Assembly: GCA_965649825.1 (NCBI GenBank)
Contig: CBFGMF010000002.1
Location: forward strand, 1 to 12,696
DNA from: Penicillus capitatus
Lineage: Eukaryota > Plantae > Chlorophyta
Length of the DNA stretch: 12,696 nt
Direction of reading: 5' to 3'
Position 1 is the first letter of the stretch; the number at the start of each line of letters is the position of its first letter. Positions 7,744 through 12,696 of the stretch are shown one piece after another. A program made the translations under genes and the position numbers. The notes beneath the pieces are model-generated. The model searched no databases. It was given only the letters and a program-made list of their open reading frames with translations, and was not told the DNA's origin.

Positions 7744-10300
7744 TCATGAATGGCATTGTGTGAGAGCTCTTCTTAAGTACTGCGTGTAAGTGGGAGACAA
7801 ATGCGTGTCGTCGAACTTCAGCTCTGTTTTCAATGCCGTGCCATCTTCACTCACCAAATCGTCGAAAAAGTCTAACCAGTAAACACGTTCTTTATACGAC
7901 GTCTGTTCTGCCAGGGTTTGAACAGCCGGCTTCAGTGCTTCGTTATAGGCCGTCACAATCTGTCGTGTCACATCCAGGGCGGGAGGCACTGGGTGGACGT
8001 AGATCACAAACTGCCGTTCCTTTACGAGCTCCTTGATGACTTGGATATAGATGCTGACCGTCTTCTTGATGGCAGATGCTTGAGAATCGTACTACAGAGA
8101 CACAAAACGATCGACATGGTGTCCTATTCCATCTCACGTCGATACTTTGCATTTCTCCACGGCCAATCCAATTCCTGTCCGGCAATCGATCTCACCGAAC
8201 AGCAGAATGACAGAGGATTTTTTTGGAATGGACTGCATCGTATGCTGAAATCCATGCTTTGGATAGAATCTGCTTTCTTTTCGCAGATGCCACACTTTGC
8301 ATCCCGTCACGAGCTTCGGCACCAGTAAATGTTCTTCACCTTTTAGCAGGACTCTTTGCCAAGCTCCCGAAAGACAGTGAGAATCTCCGCAGAGGTAAAG
8401 GGGTTTGAGATCGTCCAGTCCTGTTGGTTCAGCAGGAGGAATCTCTTCGAGTATCTGACGAATGCAGTTGAAGTAAGCAGCTTCGTTGCGCACAGTTGTT
8501 GTATGGAGCTTTTTAGAAGAGGCCTCGCAACAAGGATGCACAAGCTCAATGAGTTGATAGGTTCGCTCCAATGCTCCTCCAATGAAAAGAACCTTGACTG
8601 TTGTGAACAACAACGCCAGCAGATCCAATTGCAGCTCAGAGAACTCGACCTAACAATCCACAGAACGCTGTTGATGACCTCGAAGAGTCAGGCAGTGATG
8701 TCAGACACCGTTTCGACGATTTCTTCGACAGTTTCCTTCTGCTCATGCGGTTTCCAGTTCTCACTCTTAAACCATCCATACTCCCCTCCTTGATGAAAGA
8801 ATGGAAGGCCATCCAGCAATCGAGCAATCTGACAGACAGACAGTCAATGGGCTAACCGAGTGGAAGGGATGGCGTCGACCTCTTTGCATTCGAGGCTGCG
8901 GATGAGCTGGACGTGACAGATGTTCATAAAGGTCCTGATAAACTGTACGATCTCATCGGTTTTGGGGAGGAGTTCCATTGTGTGAACATAGTTCAAAGCG
9001 ATAGAGGGGTCTTCTGCATCGATCGTCACTGCTTTCTCATATAACTGTAGGGCAGCCTTGATAGCACCATAATCCTTAATTCTTGCTGCCAAGAAAGCAT
9101 ACGCCGAGCCCAATCCTGTCCCTGTCTTGAGTTCCCTCACCACAAAGTCCACCGTCTCTTCTTTCTGTGAACACCATTCCTGGCTTTCAGCAGGAGATGT
9201 GACAGGTGAATGATCTACCTCAAAGCAATCAGCGAGGTATCGTTTAACGTCCTCGTGTTCTTGTTTTTGCATGATTAGTCTTAAGAGCACACGGACGGCG
9301 TCTTCGATCAGTCCACGATCATAAGCGATTTTGGCGTAGAGAAGCAATCCTTCAAAATGCGTTCTTTCTGGTTCGACGACAGACATGACGAGCTGCACGG
9401 CTGTGTTCTCCCATGCTCCACCCATCACATACATTGCATTGGCAGCATAGATTTCGACATCCTTAAGTGGATACTCTGGAGATGGCTGAGAAACAAAGAA
9501 AGCACGATCCATCCTTAAGATGTTCAGCATGGAACGGGTATACTTTTCTCTTGGCGATGTCGACTGCCTTGTTAAAAATCTGGATCGCAGCTTTGTGATC
9601 TTTTGAGGCACTATTAGCACAGAAGCTGTGAATTGTTGAAAGCATCTTTTCTGCTGTTTTACTGCTTGAGTTTTCCAGCAGCGACCAATACCGCCAGGTC
9701 ATCGGGGTAATGACTGAGACATGTCTCGCACCATTTCTCAGCCACTTTTGGTTTACCCACTCTCGTCCATAGCGATATCAAGTGCAGCAATGCCTCTTTG
9801 TGATAGGAACATCCCCTCAGAATCTACTCAACCATCTCCGAATCGCACACGGGCATATCGAGTGTAGCAAAGACCCGTTGATAGAGCTCTGAGGCATTGC
9901 GAAAACGACTCTGCGATTCTTCCTCCTCCCCTCTCTTGATAAACTCGATCATGAGTGGAGAATTCTGATTGACCGTCGGTTGGGGAGGTGTCGGTTGGAC
10001 ACTTTGCTGTTTCGAAGGGGGAGTCTTCGCTGAAGGCGGTTTCGGTTCTTTGCTGTCGCGTACAGGAATTAAGAAGACGTCTTCCATGTCTTCAAGCACC
10101 CTCCCCACACGTTCCGTACCCGACAACGTCGATTTCACTCCGTTTTGCAGCAACCATTCATTGGCTGCAAATTTTCGTCCGAATTTCGTCTCATAGCGCT
10201 GTGCGACGTCTTCCAACAACGCCTTTACTTTTGCCTCGTCGCTTACGCGGCAGATCAGTGTACACGTCTCTTCGCCATCCAGGTGGACATAAATCTTCAT
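7744..10300 (-). CDS. TPR-repeat protein with N-terminal ubiquitin/PB1-like segment and C-terminal SGNH/GDSL-hydrolase-like domain, 725 aa as spliced
   Basis: Exons 10300-9875, 9823-9663, 9610-9544, 9485-9219, 9164-8880, 8828-8709, 8649-8146 and 8091-7744 (2178 nt, in frame); introns are GT-AG, 51-59 nt. TPR-like helices: ASELYQRILRGCSYHKEALLHL, AALQLYEKAVTIDAEDPSIALNY. SGNH-like blocks: LYLCGDSH (I), ILLFGEIDCR (III), FDDTHLS (V). Confidence 0.8.
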
Positions 10301-10446
10301 TTTGATAACGAAAACGAGCGAAAATCGTGCATTCTTACGCAAAGCAGCCCGAACTTATCCAACCCACATCTGCGCGCTTGCAAATCGTTGTTTCACACAA
10401 CACACGGTTTAAAGAGGAGACCCTTAAAAAGATCTTCCGCAGCGCT
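10301..10446. promoter_or_regulatory. 146-nt divergent (probably bidirectional) promoter/5'-UTR region
   Basis: Lies between head-to-head ATGs at 10300 (-) and 10447 (+); no + strand ATG in the interval. Confidence 0.55.
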
Positions 10447-11338
10447 ATGGACTCATTTCAGTCGCGTTCCCAAGCATTGGAGGGAATGTATTTCCGTGGA
10501 CGCGAGACGACATCGATGGAGATGTACATGCGCCGACTCGTTGAAGAAGGGAAAATCCCAGCGTCGTCTCTCGATGTCTTCGAACAGAACAAAGCCGAAG
10601 TCCGAACGCGACCTGCCTCGGAAATCGTTCGTCGTCAGGCCAAGAGACTCCAACCAGGTCAGTGGAGAATCTAGATCTCCATCACTCATGCAGAGCCTTG
10701 CTGACGACATGCGTTTTGGACGCAGACTTCGTGCTATCGGGTTCGTCGACCATCGGTCTTGGCCAACCTGTGAAACTGGGTGGTCTATCGCGTTGGAGTG
10801 TGGACAACATCTCGATCTTTGACGTGGAAGCCGGCAGGAAGATGGCAGCAACTCCTCGACGTGAACCGTCAATCTTTGAGATCAAGAGAGCGGCTGCGAT
10901 CGAGAAGGCGGCGACTGAGACACCGCTGGTCGGCAAGTATCGTCTCTATCCACGGCTATCACCCGGACGAGCCTTCTTCTGGGGAACAATGGCGGCGCTG
11001 ACGGGGACAATGATCGGAACTAAGATGGCATGTCTTGTCCTCGATATCAAATCCGTAAAACCGCCCCTCTTGCATATCAGAATGACAGGCGGGCAATCTG
11101 TGCAGATGGATGAGGTTGCTGGCAAGATGAAGACAACACTCGAACCCTTACGAAGTTTCATGGAGTCCACATTCACGCCCGTCAATGGAGCGGTACGGCA
11201 GACAATATATGTCCCTATTGGCATGTGGTGTGAAAATGTTAGTTGTTGACGGCGGGGAACGGAAGTGTGGATCCCACTTCGCTGAATCGATTTGCCGGAC
11301 AGCTCAAAGAGAAATTCTCCCATAACTCGTCGTCCTAA
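10447..11338 (+). CDS. Putative mitochondrial ATP-synthase-associated protein(s): IF1-like N-terminus + TMEM242-like membrane C-terminus (one 240-aa spliced gene or two adjacent ORFs)
   Basis: Fused model: exons 10447-10657, 10726-11054, 11106-11192 and 11243-11338 (723 nt, in frame). The N-terminus MDSFQSRSQALEGMYFRGRE matches the IF1 inhibitory helix pattern. The C-terminal RAFFWGTMAALTGTMIGTKMACLVLDIKS|MDEVAGKM matches the TMEM242 pattern RAxxWG[ST]...LxVxSMxDxxxKM once the 51-nt intron is removed. Family calls are from memory. Confidence 0.6.
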
Positions 11339-11543
11339 AACAAGACACTCACGATTCTCTCTGCCATCAAAGATCTCCTCCACCCGATTCCTTTGACATT
11401 CCTATTCTTTGTGACTGCCAACCATAAACGCTCTGCCATTCTTTGTTATATGCTGAAATGATCGTGGCATCCATGATCATGTGAATTAAATCCGTTTCTC
11501 ACGTGTTTCGCTCGTCAAGGAGTAAACGCAAGTGACTGGCAGA

Positions 11544-12360
11544 CTAGGATAGAATGGAGGCGAGGTGTGTTATGTCTGGAAAATCCCGAAGATCCGAAAA
11601 GAGATTTGAAACAATATCCAGAATGTCGGAGACATCGATATCGGATGTCGCACCGATCCGCCTCTTTCCGAATTCCAGCTCCGTATCCATTATCCCGCCG
11701 CCCAAAATCAGTGTCTTTTCATCGCCGAGCTGACGTACGAATTTGCATTCCTTGTCGATGAATTTCGCGGCTCTGCGGTAGCTGCTTGTGCATTGCGAAC
11801 CTGATCGATGATACTCGAGACGTGGAGGCTTGCATTCAAACTCGCTGTGTTCCCTGAGCCGCCCACATGAACACAGGCAGCTCTCTCGACAACGGATCTC
11901 ACCGATTAACGACCTTGCAGATGCCAGGCACGAGTTCGAACGTGATCTCCGGTCCTTCGCACTTCTGTAGTAGGATGGCACTGTCCTCTTTCTCGGGTTC
12001 TGTACAGAACTCCTTGTATTTTTCTTTGATCGTGTTTTCCCATTCGGCATTCGTCGCCGGAGTGTCTTTGGCGAGATCGAAAATCTGCGGGTTCAGCAGT
12101 CCGGCGACGAAATCGGAAAGATCGATGTCGAAGTCGATATCGTCGATATGCGGAATCTTCGAAATGGCATCCTCAATCGACAGCAAGTTTCGCCGCCGAC
12201 TTTTACTGTCGATCGTTTCCTCCTGAACGTCTGACAACCCTTGCGCGAAATCGCATATCGCATATCGCACATTCTCCGCCGTCAGATCGAGATCGTCATC
12301 GCACGTGATCGACGTCGAACAGGTACAGAAGAAAACAAACAGTATCCAGTTCTTCGGCAT
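11544..12360 (-). CDS. Secreted Cys-rich hypothetical protein, 255 aa
   Basis: ATG 12360 starts a signal-peptide-like MPKNWILFVFFCTCSTSITC. Intron 11902-11854 (49 nt, CG|GTGAGA...CTCAG|) joins the two listed ORFs in frame. An acidic region precedes the Cys-patterned domain FCTEP...CEGPEI...PGIC...ECKPPRLEY...QC...KEC. The last codons could be altered by a further intron. Confidence 0.75.
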
Positions 12361-12507
12361 CCCGTGCGCCAATCACGTAAAGAAATGCGGATCGATAGAG
12401 AATCGAATCGTCGTTCTCTTCATATCGAGACTGTGCTCTTAAACGGATCAAAAGCTCGAATTGTACGACAATGTAGACATGGCACTTCGAACCGCTGCAT
12501 CGAGGAT

Positions 12508-12696
12508 CTACTGGCAGTCGTTCGTGTCACAGGGAACGAAATCCTTTCCCTTCAGCGGCCGGTGGCGTTCCTTCAGTGATACGACGGGCGAGAGCGATTC
12601 AGCTCTTGCCGAATTCGAACCGACAGACTTGCCCGTTGTTACGGCCACGCCTGTCGAGTCCATAAACGAAGCTGATTTTTCCGACAAATCGTTGAA
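12508..12696 (-). CDS. Probable 3' end of an upstream gene (partial, Ser-rich tail)
   Basis: The minus frame is open from the window edge (FNDLSEKSASFMDSTG...VPCDTNDCQ*) to TAG at 12510-12508, ~150 nt before the next ATG. There is no homology evidence. Confidence 0.35.
   Translation of the reverse strand, partial: FNDLSEKSASFMDSTGVAVTTGKSVGSNSARAESLSPVVSLKERHRPLKGKDFVPCDTNDCQ

Noticed and set aside
3043-10300. Non-standard code (TAA/TAG = Gln) as in some ulvophytes
   Set aside because: About 1,900 spliced codons contain no in-frame TAA or TAG, and BTA1 ends at TAG close to its homolog's C-terminus.
3970-12579. Antisense ORFs such as 3970-4254, 5986-6225, 7918-8328, 8356-8793, 10145-10822, 10946-11383, 11867-12226 and 12241-12579
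   Set aside because: They are shadows of well-supported genes on the opposite strand or in another frame, with no recognisable motifs.

Overview
Gene-dense eukaryotic DNA, most likely from a compact-genome chlorophyte green alga. This is inferred from a Chlamydomonas-type fused BTA1, a plastid-type folate-biopterin transporter, TGTAA after several stop codons, and very uniform 42-64 nt introns under the standard genetic code. Splicing by hand gives four complete frame-consistent models on the minus strand: BTA1 betaine-lipid (DGTS) synthase (3043-5477, 9 exons), a BT1/FBT transporter (5602-7542, 8 exons, two GC-AG introns), a TPR + SGNH-hydrolase-like protein (7744-10300, 8 exons) and a secreted Cys-rich protein (11544-12360). 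On the plus strand is a gene (10447-11338) whose N-terminus carries an IF1 (F1Fo-ATPase inhibitor) motif and whose C-terminus resembles TMEM242. It may be a spliced fusion or a bicistronic pair, and it is the most interesting signal. The left 2.9 kb holds two poorly resolved minus-strand hypothetical genes and several strong fold-back structures, including a ~100-nt intronic hairpin and a four-way junction. All homolog comparisons are from remembered sequences, not database searches.
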